Source of the DNA: Felis catus
Lineage: Eukaryota
DNA: 64,000 nucleotides
Direction: 5' to 3'
NCBI RefSeq assembly: GCF_018350175.1
Contig: NC_058377.1
Coordinates: forward strand, 100,502,001 to 100,566,000
Position 1 is the first letter of the stretch. Every line of letters begins with the position of its first letter. Position numbers and translations under genes: made by a program. Shown here piece after piece: positions 37,397 through 47,844 of the stretch. The notes under the pieces are model-generated. The model saw nothing but the letters and a program-made list of their open reading frames with translations, was not told the DNA's origin and made no database searches.

Positions 37397-37632
37397 GGGT
37401 GCCTGGGTGGCTCAGTTGGTTGAGAGTCCGACTTCAGCTCGGGTCATGATCTTACGGTTCATGGGTTTGAGCCCCACATCGGGCTTTCTGCTGTCAGCTC
37501 AGAGCCTGGAGCCTGCTTCGAATTCTGTGTCTCCCTGTCTCTGCCCCTTCCCCGCTAGTGCTTGGTCTCTCTTTCTCTCTCTCTCAAAAATAAATAAAAA
37601 CATAAAAAATAAATAAATAAATAAATAAATAA
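37397..37632 (+). mobile_element. Can-SINE inserted in ERVL gag
   Basis: TSD aaat(g/a)aagaatctc. Confidence 0.92.
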
Positions 37633-37673
37633 AGAATCTCTACTTAGTGAACCCATATCAATGAATTTGCTTT

Positions 37674-37860
37674 GGAGTGCCTGGGTGGCTCAGTCTGTTA
37701 AACATCCAGCTCTTGATTTTGGCTCAGGTCATGATCTCACAGTTTGTGAGATCAAGTCCTGTGTCTTGTCCTAAGTGGGGCTCTGTGCTGGGTGTGGAGC
37801 CTGCTTAAGATTCTCTCTCTCCCTCTACTGCTCTCTCTATAAACAAACAAACAAATAAAT
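37674..37860 (+). mobile_element. Can-SINE inserted in ERVL gag
   Basis: ggagtgcctgggtggctcagtctgttaaac...; (AAAC)n tail. Confidence 0.9.
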
Positions 37861-37902
37861 TTGGCTTCATTGAATTTTGTTTCTCCCATGATTATCCTAT
37901 CC

Positions 37903-37944
37903 TTTTTTTTTTGAAAGAGTGGGAGCAGGGGAGAGAGGCAGAAT

Positions 37945-37978
<34 letters not shown>

Positions 37979-38110
37979 ACCCTAAGTAAGCCTCACACCC
38001 AATGTGGAGCCCAGCATGGGGTCCAGCGCGGGGCTGGATTCCATGACCCTGGGTCACCTTAGCCAAAATCAAGTGTTGGATGCTTCCCCACTGAGCCACC
38101 CAAGAGCCCC
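37903..38110 (-). mobile_element. Can-SINE inserted in ERVL gag
   Basis: TSD tatcctat; reverse head ...gagccacccaagagcccc. Confidence 0.9.
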
Positions 38111-38419
38111 TATCCTATATTTTTAGTATCCGTTCCCACATGTATTCCACAGATTTATGTCTTTAAAAATTGGAAAACTCAAGTTGTTATTTTGGAGTGT
38201 AAGATGCTCCTCGTGGATTATACCTCCTACACTGACAACCCATATAGTTATCTCAAATTCATGTTAAAGTGCATCACTCATTGGCTTAAAAGGTCTTTCT
38301 GTATTTGCCCCGTGGTATTTAGCGGTAAGATTGAACATGATTCTGAGACCAGTCTTCATCTTCCCTGTTCCTGTCTATCCAGGTTCATGTCACGCTGCTG
38401 ACCATTTTTAAGCTCATTG

Positions 38420-38880
38420 TCCAGCACATCGCCTGGCACGTGGTGAGAGCTCAATAAACAATTGTTGAATGAACAGATGAATTAACAACCACATGCACAC
38501 TGATTTTCACCCTCTGGCCCTGGTTATATATTCTCCCTGGTAGGAATGCTCCCCCTGATGCATACATGTTCATTCTGCAAACCTGGTTTCAAGCTTGAAG
38601 TTTCATTTTTTATGTCCTTTCATCTTGGGAACTTTCCTGAACCCCTGAGTCTTTGTCGTGTGTCCCTCCAACATGCTTTCATAGCACCCTGTGCTGCCAC
38701 TATCTTACCATTTATAACACGGTGTCATCATTTTCTGCTCCCCTCCGGGTGCCTCTCAGTGGATCCTAAGCTCTGTGAAGAAAGACCCGGGTTCCTCTCT
38801 ATTCACCACTGAAGTCCCAGCAACTATCAATCTGTCTGATCTATTCTTTGGGCTCAAGAAATGTCTGTTGATTAATGAGG
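38420..38880 (+). mobile_element. L2 3' end fragments
   Basis: gcctggcacgtggtgagagctcaataaacaattgttgaatgaa; ctaagctctgtgaagaaagacc; ctcaagaaatgtctgttgattaatga. Confidence 0.6.
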
Positions 38881-39879
38881 GAGGGATGGAAGGAATAAAT
38901 GGGATATATTTATCCTGAAGTTGTTTTCTGTGTAGGGGGAGCCACATATGTTTAAAAACACCTTTTCATAATGAAATGTTACCAAAAAGTAATCTAACTG
39001 ACAGAGAAAGATAACAGAAACAGCTCACATTCATAAGATGATGAAATCTTGCTGAGACCAGGGGGAATATCAAGGTAAGCTATTCTCACACTGAGCATCT
39101 CAGGTTCAATTTTTTCTCATTACCCAGTTTAAGCAGAAGTGAAAAACAAATTGTGGTTTCTCTAAGAGATCTAGCCAGAATTCTGAGTCGGAATCAGATA
39201 AAAGGAGGAAAAAAAATTCCCTACCCACCAGTATTTTTTTCTCTACATTTTATTGACTTTGTTCACCTTCTTTTATACTTTTATTTTTTATTCACTATTT
39301 ATCACGCACTATACATTATTCTACTTGTAGAAGGTATTCTGAGTTATCAGGTAAGTACTTTATGGAGTATAAACGTATATTAAAAAATAAAAATTCCTGT
39401 CTGACATTACAATATTCTTTTATTTGAGTCATTGCATTTTCTATGACTTATCAGCATAAGATGGGTGACGTGAACAATACAAAATGATTCTGAAGTCTAC
39501 GAGGAAATTTGGACGCATGGCATAATATTCTTCACTTAGCTCTTAGAGGTTAAATGGGTACATACCACAATATTACAGTGAACTAACTATCATAAACTAT
39601 GTTATAGTTTTCTATAAAATTGAGTTAAGTTATTAATGAAAAGTTCTTAGAATTTATAGTTAATGAATTAATATAAATATCATATACAATAGTATAAATA
39701 ACTATATATAATTATGATATATAATATGTGTATATAATAATATGACAAGTGTACGTATACTATATTTTACATATTATGTATTATATATGTGGCATCCGGC
39801 ATAGCCTTTAGTTCATGGTAGCTATTATAATTGTCTTTCTATCATCTTTGCCTGGTGCTGTATCAGAGCGTGTAAAAGC

Positions 39880-40010
39880 ACGGTCTTATAAATCAGGTAG
39901 ATTCTGATTAATGACTCTCATATACCTACTTTGATACTTCCCCCTTCCGTTTCCTCACCTATAAAGTGGGGATAATAACAGTGCCTATTTATTTGGATTG
40001 TCCTAGAGAT
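39880..40010 (+). mobile_element. MIR core
   Basis: gtttcctcacctataaagtggggataataacagtgcct. Confidence 0.6.
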
Positions 40011-40331
40011 TGATGCTCAATACCAATATAATTTTACATTAGAATTTAATTTTTAATTTCTTAATTAGAATGAAAGCTTATGAATCCATATACATGAATG
40101 AAGCTAGGAAAACTAAGCCCCAATTTGGTAGAATTGTCCAAATATGCAAAGAGTGATCCTGGGTTAGTTTTTTTGTCTTTTTCTTGCACCCATTTCTGCT
40201 CTTTGCAATGTAGAATCTATGATTCATACCATTTTTTTCTTCTATATCTTATAGGTATTCCTTGCTGAGATCTTCCAAAATGTCTTTTCGATCCTTGCTT
40301 CCATTGAATCAATGTTGTGCTTCGCGCATAT

Positions 40332-41261
40332 TTATTTCTCCCCTGAAATAGCTTTCCTACTACACAATTTCCTAATGGCATTTTTCATCTGGTCATTTCT
40401 CAAGGTATAGATTAAGGGATTTAACATGGGAGTTATCGTAGTGTAGAACACTGCCACTGCTTTGTCAATAGATAAAGTAGCTGCGGGTCTCATGTACACA
40501 AATATGCAGGGCAAAAAGAATAAGACGACCACTGTGATGTGGGAGGCACAGGTGGAGAGGGCTTTGCGCCTTGCCTCCAAGCTGTGGTTCCTTAGGGAGC
40601 GCAGAATGACCACATAGGAGACCATCAAGAGGAGGAAGTTTAAGACACAGATGAATCCACTGTTGGCAGCAATGAAGAGGCCTAGAGTGTGGGTATCAGT
40701 GCAGGCAAGATTGAGCAAAGGGTTCAGATCACACATAAAATGGTCTATGATGTTAGGGCCACAGAAGGGTAATGGGATGATAAAGAGGATCTGTATGGTT
40801 GCATGAAGAAAGCCTCCCACCCACACCACTCCCATTAACAGGCCACACACCCGCCGATTCATGATGGCCGTGTAGTGCAATGGTTTGCAGATGGCCACAT
40901 AACGGTCATAGGCCATCACCGTAAGCAGGATGACATCAGCACCTCCAAAGAAATGTTCCCCAAAGATTTGGGTCATACATACATTGAATAGGATGGTCTT
41001 CTTCTCACGGAGTGAATCTACAATCAGTGTAGGGGTATTGACCGAGGAATAGCAGGCATCAATGAAGGAGAGATAGGCCAAGAAAAAGTACATGGGGGAC
41101 CCCAATAATGGGCTGGCAGTGATAGTGACCACGGTGAGCCCATTTCCTACCATACAGACGATGTAGATGACCAAAAACATAACAAATATGATTTTCTGCA
41201 TCTTTGGATTCTCTGTGAGCCCCAGTAGAACAAACTCCGTCACGTTGTTCCTATTGTCCAT
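40332..41261 (-). CDS. Olfactory receptor 4C46/4C13-like, intact, 309 aa
   Basis: [26 protein letters not shown]...[19 protein letters not shown]...[17 protein letters not shown]; all OR motifs present; closest to recalled human OR4C46/OR4C13 (one-to-many clade). Confidence 0.93.
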   Translation of the reverse strand: MDNRNNVTEFVLLGLTENPKMQKIIFVMFLVIYIVCMVGNGLTVVTITASPLLGSPMYFFLAYLSFIDACYSSVNTPTLIVDSLREKKTILFNVCMTQIFGEHFFGGADVILLTVMAYDRYVAICKPLHYTAIMNRRVCGLLMGVVWVGGFLHATIQILFIIPLPFCGPNIIDHFMCDLNPLLNLACTDTHTLGLFIAANSGFICVLNFLLLMVSYVVILRSLRNHSLEARRKALSTCASHITVVVLFFLPCIFVYMRPAATLSIDKAVAVFYTTITPMLNPLIYTLRNDQMKNAIRKLCSRKAISGEK

Positions 41262-42185
41262 TATTTCATATTATGGTTGATTGCATTACCTGAAAAGAAA
41301 AAGCTTTTTTGATTAATGCAACCTTGAATTTATTGAGGCTCTTCATCTAGTAAATAACAAATGCCTAGATTCTGTAGAGTTGTGGATTCTCACGAGGTTT
41401 GTTTGACATAGAAAGTAAGATCTGAATTCTTGACGATGACCTAAATTATCTCCTGGGTGAAGATTCTGTTAAGAGCATTGACGTGAAAAACTTTGCAAAC
41501 ACACAGGCAGGAGATCATCTGTGTACACCTCCTCATCTGAAAAGACTTAGGGCCTATCTTGAAGTTGTCATATTGCAGCTAAGTGTGAAAAAAGTGGTAG
41601 GAAATGGATGCAAAGGCTATGAATGCAACGCTAGGAATTTTTCCTTTATCCTTAGGAAATGGAGAACCATGGAAGGTAATTGAGAATATGAATGAGAGGG
41701 CGAAGAGGAGTTGGAGGAAGGGTGAATCTTGGATACAACTCTCGTAAAGACCTTTGTGCGTCTTGGATGAAGTCGGCTGAGGATCAGTAAGGGGATGGAA
41801 GTCAGAGAAAGAAAGCCCCATATCCAAACTATTTATAATAGTTGACAAAAAGTGTAACAGAGTATTTCTTAAGAGAATATTATAAAGGGCTCTAGGAGTT
41901 ACTATAAAGTAATTGATAATGCACGTTACCAAATGCCAGTAATATTATAATAGATAATAAGTATATTTTTAATGATTTATTGCTATATGCATGGCATGGT
42001 AGTAACCTGTGTGATTTACATTATTTCATCCATTTTGCAAATGTAGAAACAATCTCAGAGACTGAGTTACAGTAATAATAATGATACTATTAACTAAAAT
42101 GATACTATATCTCTGGATACTTGTTGTGTTCTGGTTTTGCAGAAATGTGGTTGTTTCATTGTCACTACAAACCCATGAGATGATA

Positions 42186-42361
42186 GAGCACCTTGATGGC
42201 TCAATTCGTTAAGCGGAGCCCTTGGTTCCATCTCAGGTCATGGTCTCGCAGTTGTGAGATCCAGCCCCGTGTCAGGTTCCACGGGGAGACTTGCTTGAGT
42301 TTCCTTCTCTCACCCTCTACTGCTCGTGCTCTCTCTCTTTATTTCTCTAAAAAACAAACAA
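42186..42361 (+). mobile_element. Can-SINE (diverged), followed by (TATC)n
   Basis: gagcaccttgatggctcaattcgttaagcg...tctcaggtcatggtctcgcagttgtgagatc. Confidence 0.8.
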
Positions 42362-42675
42362 TATATGTATCTATCTATCTATCTATCTATCTCTGATTAC
42401 CACTATTATTTTATACTTACTGTATACAGTAGGCAATACAATATAGAGAAGTTAAGGTCCTGTCCAAGATCAAGCAGAGAATAAAGGGCAGAGCCAAGAT
42501 TATATTACATTATACTTGTTGACTTTTTTCTTCCAAAATTTTAATCCATTCCCTACATTGTTATGTTATTACAAACAATGCTGAACTCGTTATCTCTTTT
42601 TAATATGACCATAATAATTATAATGACTTTAATACAACTTCAGAAGCAAGTGTTCATGAAGCAATTTCATCAACA

Positions 42676-42676
<1 letters not shown>

Positions 42677-42717
<41 letters not shown>
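42677..42717. repeat. (CA)n microsatellite
   Basis: Direct reading. Confidence 0.95.
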
Positions 42718-42720
<3 letters not shown>

Positions 42721-42959
42721 TCACCAAGTATCAACACATCAAAATCACTAAATACATCAGAATCACTAAATATTAACAAAAATGTGGTGCTGCTTTCATT
42801 GAATATCCCTTTGACCTTGGCCTCTTCCACAGCCCCATTTCCTCCCTTCCCAATCTGCTTGCAAGCATGGGTCCCCAGACTCTGCTAAATGTAGAAAATG
42901 ACTACCACAGTTGTTACGTGTAATGTATTGGTTGTAGAACTAGAGAGACCATATTGGAA

Positions 42960-43130
42960 TCTTGCCTTTTCCACTTGCAACTTCTTTTATCCCAGGAACA
43001 TTTCTTGGCACCCTACATCCTTGTTTCCTCAGGTATAAAGTGAGAATGATAATATCCATGTCCCGGGTGTTATGAGAATTGATTGAGGAAACATACATGA
43101 ACATAGCCACCACATTACTGTGGGCACACA
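42960..43130 (-). mobile_element. MIR remnant
   Basis: cttgtttcctcaggtataaagtgagaatgataata-like core flanked by degenerate MIR sequence; strand uncertain. Confidence 0.4.
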
Positions 43131-44086
43131 AAACACTTACACCAATTTTTGCGACTGTGCCTGCACCTAGGAGATAGGGAGAATTGGCGTTTTGAGCGAA
43201 ATACAGAAAAACATTTGACCATGCAACAAGCGCAGGAAGATTAATCTCTAATTTTACTTTTCAGGAAGGCACAGAGACCCACATTATCTGTAGCAGTTAA
43301 TCTAAGGAAGGGCTGTCCCTGTTCATGCTTGGGCTAAATGACAGAGGATCTATTTCATGTATTACTCATATGTATGTCTTTTCTGTGTTTGGAGTGTATT
43401 TACATTTGATTTTCATGCTCATGATTTGTCTTGGATGTTAAGGGAGAGGTCTCGTGCAATACCAAGTGCCTGGTTGGTCAGAGAGCTGGGTCCTACAACA
43501 TTTCATAATTTCTATGAGCCTCAGATTGTTCATTTGCCAAATTAGGCCAATGACACTTATCAACTATCTTCTGAAGAACTTGGGAGAGGATAAAATATTA
43601 CTATACTTAAAAGTGTGGAAACATAGTGATTACTATATAGAGAAGGTAACCCTCTTTAAGATGCTTCAACGCTGTTGAAAAACTTACCTTGTACTCTTAG
43701 ATGATCTTAATGATGTTTGGGGGTTTTCAGAAATAATCCCATCTTCTAACTGACCTCTTCTTGGATAAGAAACTTACACTATGAAAGTTATGGCACACTC
43801 AGACTGAGACTACTTAGGTAATTCAGTAACAAATCAATAGCTGTGCAGAAAGTGTTTCTATTAGTCCAAATCTTTGCTTCTAGCCTAAAGCCCCAAAAGT
43901 GTTCATAGAAAGCCTGGGATTTAAATTTAGAGTGAATTCTTTTGACACACTGTGGAGAAATGACCTACAGATGGCTCTGGTCCTAGAGGCAAGAGGTAAG
44001 AAGTGTGGAGGAAACACTTTCAAATGAGTCATTCCTACCATAATGAAACTTGCTCTGAAGATGTAACTTCTCCAAAATATTTTCAC

Positions 44087-44208
44087 CTTGCACTGCATGG
44101 ATATTTAAAGAGGTTTCCATAAAGGCTCAAGGACCTTGTCTTTTAACTGCTGCTTTCTCTCTCTGGAATTAATTATCCCCTCTGACGGAAAGGCTTTGTC
44201 TTAGAAGT
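44087..44208 (-). promoter_or_regulatory. Predicted promoter/first non-coding exon of the OR4C46-like gene (paralogous module)
   Basis: aactgctgctttctct (44145) matches aaatgctcctttctct (16484) at 14/16; ggaaaggctttgtcttagaagt (44187) matches ggaaagcctttctcccaaagt (16551); TAATTA between the blocks; donor AAG|GTGAAA at 44087/44086. Confidence 0.5.
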
Positions 44209-45021
44209 AGGTATGCTGAAGAGACATGTTTGAGAAATGTCCGATTTTGAATAGGGAATTGCATTCCCTGTGTTTGGTACCTGAACTTACGAGAATTCCC
44301 TTTCTCTATGCGAATCCGGATTTCCAAGAAAGCTGGATGTCATGGGAATATGAAAATGACATAATTCCAGAGTGGGGACCTGTGATGGAGTTAATCTGTT
44401 GACCCGTGTCACAGACAGAACTTCTGCCTTCTTAACAATATTAACACTTTTCTGTAAACCTGTTCCTGATTGCTTGAGTGCTAGAGCAGTGAGGGCATAA
44501 AATCAATGGAATGGCAGCCATGAAAGAACTTGACTCCAAAAGTTGTTGGTCATATTCATCAGAGGGCTATGGAAAGTAAACAGAAATTCTAAGTCTCCCA
44601 GTTAGTAATTGCTGGGATTTATGGTCTGGTCAGTAAGGAATATGACGCAACATTAAAATTGTGGAGTGATATCAAAACACAGGCAGAAAGTTCTAATTTT
44701 AACCACCAGAATTGTTCCATATTCTTGTCACTTGCTATTGTTAATTATTTTCCTTTTAGTCAGTCTAGGAGATTTGTAGTGTTATATTATTGTGGTTTTA
44801 ATTTGCTTTCCTTGATGACTAATGAGGTTGAGCATTTTTTTTTCATATTATTGACCATTTGTGTATTTTTAAAAAAATTTATCTTCAAGTCATTTGTACA
44901 ATTTAAAAATGACAGTTGTAAGCTTTTTATGACTATAAAAATTCTTTATACATTCTAGATATAGATCTTTCTTCATACTTATTTATATATATATGTAATA
45001 AATATAAAAAATATATTTATT

Positions 45022-45250
45022 GTTTGCCTCCTTCCCATAAGAGACTCTTAAATACAGAGAACAAACTGAGGGCTGATGGGGGGGGGCAGGAGAGGGGAAA
45101 ATGGGTGATGGGCATTGAGGAGGGCACATGTTGGGATGAGCGCTGGGTGGTGTATGTAAGCGATGAATCATGGAGTCTACACCTGAAACCAAGAGCACAT
45201 TGTATATACTGTATGTTAGCCAACTTGACTACAAATTATATATTAAAAAT
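45022..45250 (+). mobile_element. Felid/carnivore L1 3' end with a 14-15 bp 5' micro-inversion
   Basis: cataagagactcttaaatacagagaacaaactgagggctgatgg...; the preceding gtttgcctccttcc is the reverse complement of ggaaggaggcaaac seen upstream in the paralogous copy at 47568-47581. Confidence 0.8.
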
Positions 45251-45375
45251 TATATATATATATTTATATATAACTTATATATAATGCCATGTATATAAGT
45301 TGTACATAATATAAAATATTTATACATAATATATTTATATAGTTTTCTCCTAGTCCATGGATTGCCTTTTCATTT

Positions 45376-45583
45376 AAAAAAATTTTTAATATTTATTTCT
45401 GAGAGAGACAGAGACAGATGCGAGTGGGTTAGTGGCAGAGAGAGAGGGAGACACAGAACCCGAAGCAGGCTCCAGGCTCGGAGCTGTCAGCACAGATCTC
45501 GACGTGGGGCTCCAACTCAGAAGCTGTGAGATCATGACCTGAGCCGAAGTCGGACACTCAACGGACTGAGCCACCAGGCGCCC
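45376..45583 (-). mobile_element. Can-SINE
   Basis: 13-bp TSD tgccttttcattt at 45363-45375 and 45584-45596. Confidence 0.95.
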
Positions 45584-47308
45584 TGCCTTTTCATTTTTAA
45601 TAAGATAACATCTGACCAGTAGAAGAGTTAAAATATTAATGTTTCAACTTTCAGTTTTTCTTATAGTGCTTATCGTGTGATACTTAATAAGTATTGATCT
45701 ACTCCAAGGCTAAAAATAAGTTTTCTAGTATTTTTATGTGTTTAGCCTTCCACACCTAGATCCCTGACTCATTTTGAGTTAATATTTGTGTGTGGTGGGA
45801 GGTAGTAGTGGAGGTTGGTTTTTTCTCAGATGGATATCCAATTGACCCAGCATAGTTTTTTTGGAAAAAAAAAAGAGTCTGTTCTTTCCCTTACTAAATT
45901 ACTTAATACTTTTGTAAAAAATTCACCCATTGAGGTATTTATGGACAGTGTATTTTGCTTCAAGGATCTATATGTGTATATATCAATACCACAATGTTGT
46001 TTACAGGAGCTTAATAAGGCTTTTTTTTATTTAGATAGAATCAGCTCTCTACCTGTGTTCTTTTTATTGAGATTGATTTGTTATTCTAGATTCCTTTAAT
46101 ATTGTATATTTCTATACAATAGAATACAATTTCAGAATAGGTTTGCCAGTTTTTCCAAGCATTCTGTTGGGAGTTTACTGGAATTCTATTGAAATTATGA
46201 AATTAATGTAGTAAATATATCAAGTCTTTGAATCCATTATCATTGTTTGTTTATTTATTTATTTATGTATTTACTTTCACACATTAGTAGTGTCTTCTGA
46301 GTTTCCTATACGGGTCTTGAATATATTTTGAAAATGTAATTTTCAAATGTCATGATTCTGGTAGTTTATATGGAATTTTATTTGTAATTTTAATTTCCAA
46401 TTGTTGTTATTATAAAAACACATTTGATCTTTTGGATCAGCATTGTATTTGGTAACCTTGCTAAATTAACTGATCAGATCTATCAGATTTTTTTTTTTGT
46501 AGAGCCTTAACATTTTCCACTTATACAATCGTGTCATCTGCACATACATATATTTTTACAGTTTCAATATTTTTCTTTCTAATCTGTGAGTCCTTTATTT
46601 CTTTTCCTTGCCTTATTGCAAGGGGTGGATCCTAGGGTACAACGCAGAAATGAAATGGGGAGTGGGAAGACTGTCGCTTCCAATCTTAGTACTCACCATA
46701 AAGTAGGATGTATGTTGTGGGTTTTATGCAGATGCTTTTATCAGGTTGAGCACGTTCCTCTTTATTCTTTATTTGTTTAAAGATTTTTTAAAAAGTCATA
46801 AATCTAAGCTGGAATTTGTCACTTTATATGCATCTATTAAAAGGGTCGTGTGTTTCTTCTCCTTTTTTCTAGTAATTCAGTGAAAATCATTGATTGATTT
46901 TTGAATGTTGAATGTTTTATTCCTGGCAGAAACTCTACTTGGTCACAGTAAATTATTATTTTTAAAAAATGACCGATTTCATTTGTTTTTATGTTGTTTA
47001 AAATCTTTGTGCGTATGTTTCTAAAAGATATTTATTTGCCATTTTCTTTCTTGTAATGTGAGGACCTTTAGACGATGCTGCTTCATAAAATGATGTGCTT
47101 AGTATTCTTTCCTCTATTTCTGAGACAAATTATGGAGAATTTTAGGGTCAACTTTCTCTTTCTACCAACAAGGCTATTGATATTTTGATAGAAATTCCAC
47201 TAAATCTGTAGATCACTTTGAGACATATTGCTATCTTAATTATACTAATCCATGAATATGAGATTTTTTTTTATTATAGGGCTTCTTTAATTTCTTTCAA
47301 AAATGTTT

Positions 47309-47751
47309 ATGGAAAGAGCCTAGATGTCCATCAACTGATGAATGGATAAAGAAATTGTGGTTTATATACACAAGGGAGTACTAAGTGGCAATGAGAAAGA
47401 ATGAAATATGGCCTTTTGTAGCAATGTGGATGGAACTGGAGAGTGTTATGCTAAGTGAAATAAGTCATACAGAGAAGGACAGATTCCATGTTTTCACTCC
47501 TATGGGGATCCTGAAAAACTTAACAGAAGACCATGGGGGAGGGAAGGGAGAAAAAACAGTTAGAGAGGGAAGGAGGCAAACCATGAGAGACTTTTAAAAA
47601 CCGAGAATATACTGAGGGTTGATGGGGGGTGGGAGGGAGGGGAAAGTGGGTGATGGACATTGAGGAGGGCACCTGTTGGGATGAGCACTGGGTGTTGTAT
47701 GGAAACCAATTTGACAGTAAATTTCATATTAAAAAAATAAATAAAAAGAGA
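47309..47751 (+). mobile_element. Felid L1 (L1_Fc-type) 3' end, 5' truncated
   Basis: ggaaagagcctagatgtccatcaactgatgaatggataaag...ggaaaccaatttgacagtaaatttcatattaaaaaaa; TSD aaaaatgttt at 47299-47308 and 47752-47761. Confidence 0.9.
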
Positions 47752-47844
47752 AAAAATGTTTTGAAACTTCTTTATTTTTTCCTTTCTCAATAAGATGCCT
47801 TTCATTTATTTTTTAAATCTAATTTCTCTAGTAAAAATATTTTA

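Larger units (their letters stand above)
34262..38240 (-). mobile_element. Decayed ERVL internal region (gag, partial protease, RNase H, integrase), interrupted by five SINEs and a gap
   Basis: ORF fragments retain ERVL pol motifs: integrase LSLQYGTI..DQP, FAFPACNASATTTIHAL..SIAS, KAVCVLNQHPLY..IAR; RNase H YTDNSA, WKEKWSDV. Gag-like DNA lies at 36060-38240. Confidence 0.85.
44690..47300 (-). mobile_element. Old L1M ORF2 region, with nested younger L1 and SINE
   Basis: ttgtggttttaatttgctttccttgatgactaatgaggttgagcattt; tttccacttatacaatcgtgtcatctgca; ccactaaatctgtagatcactttg; the same element resumes after 49462. Confidence 0.65.
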
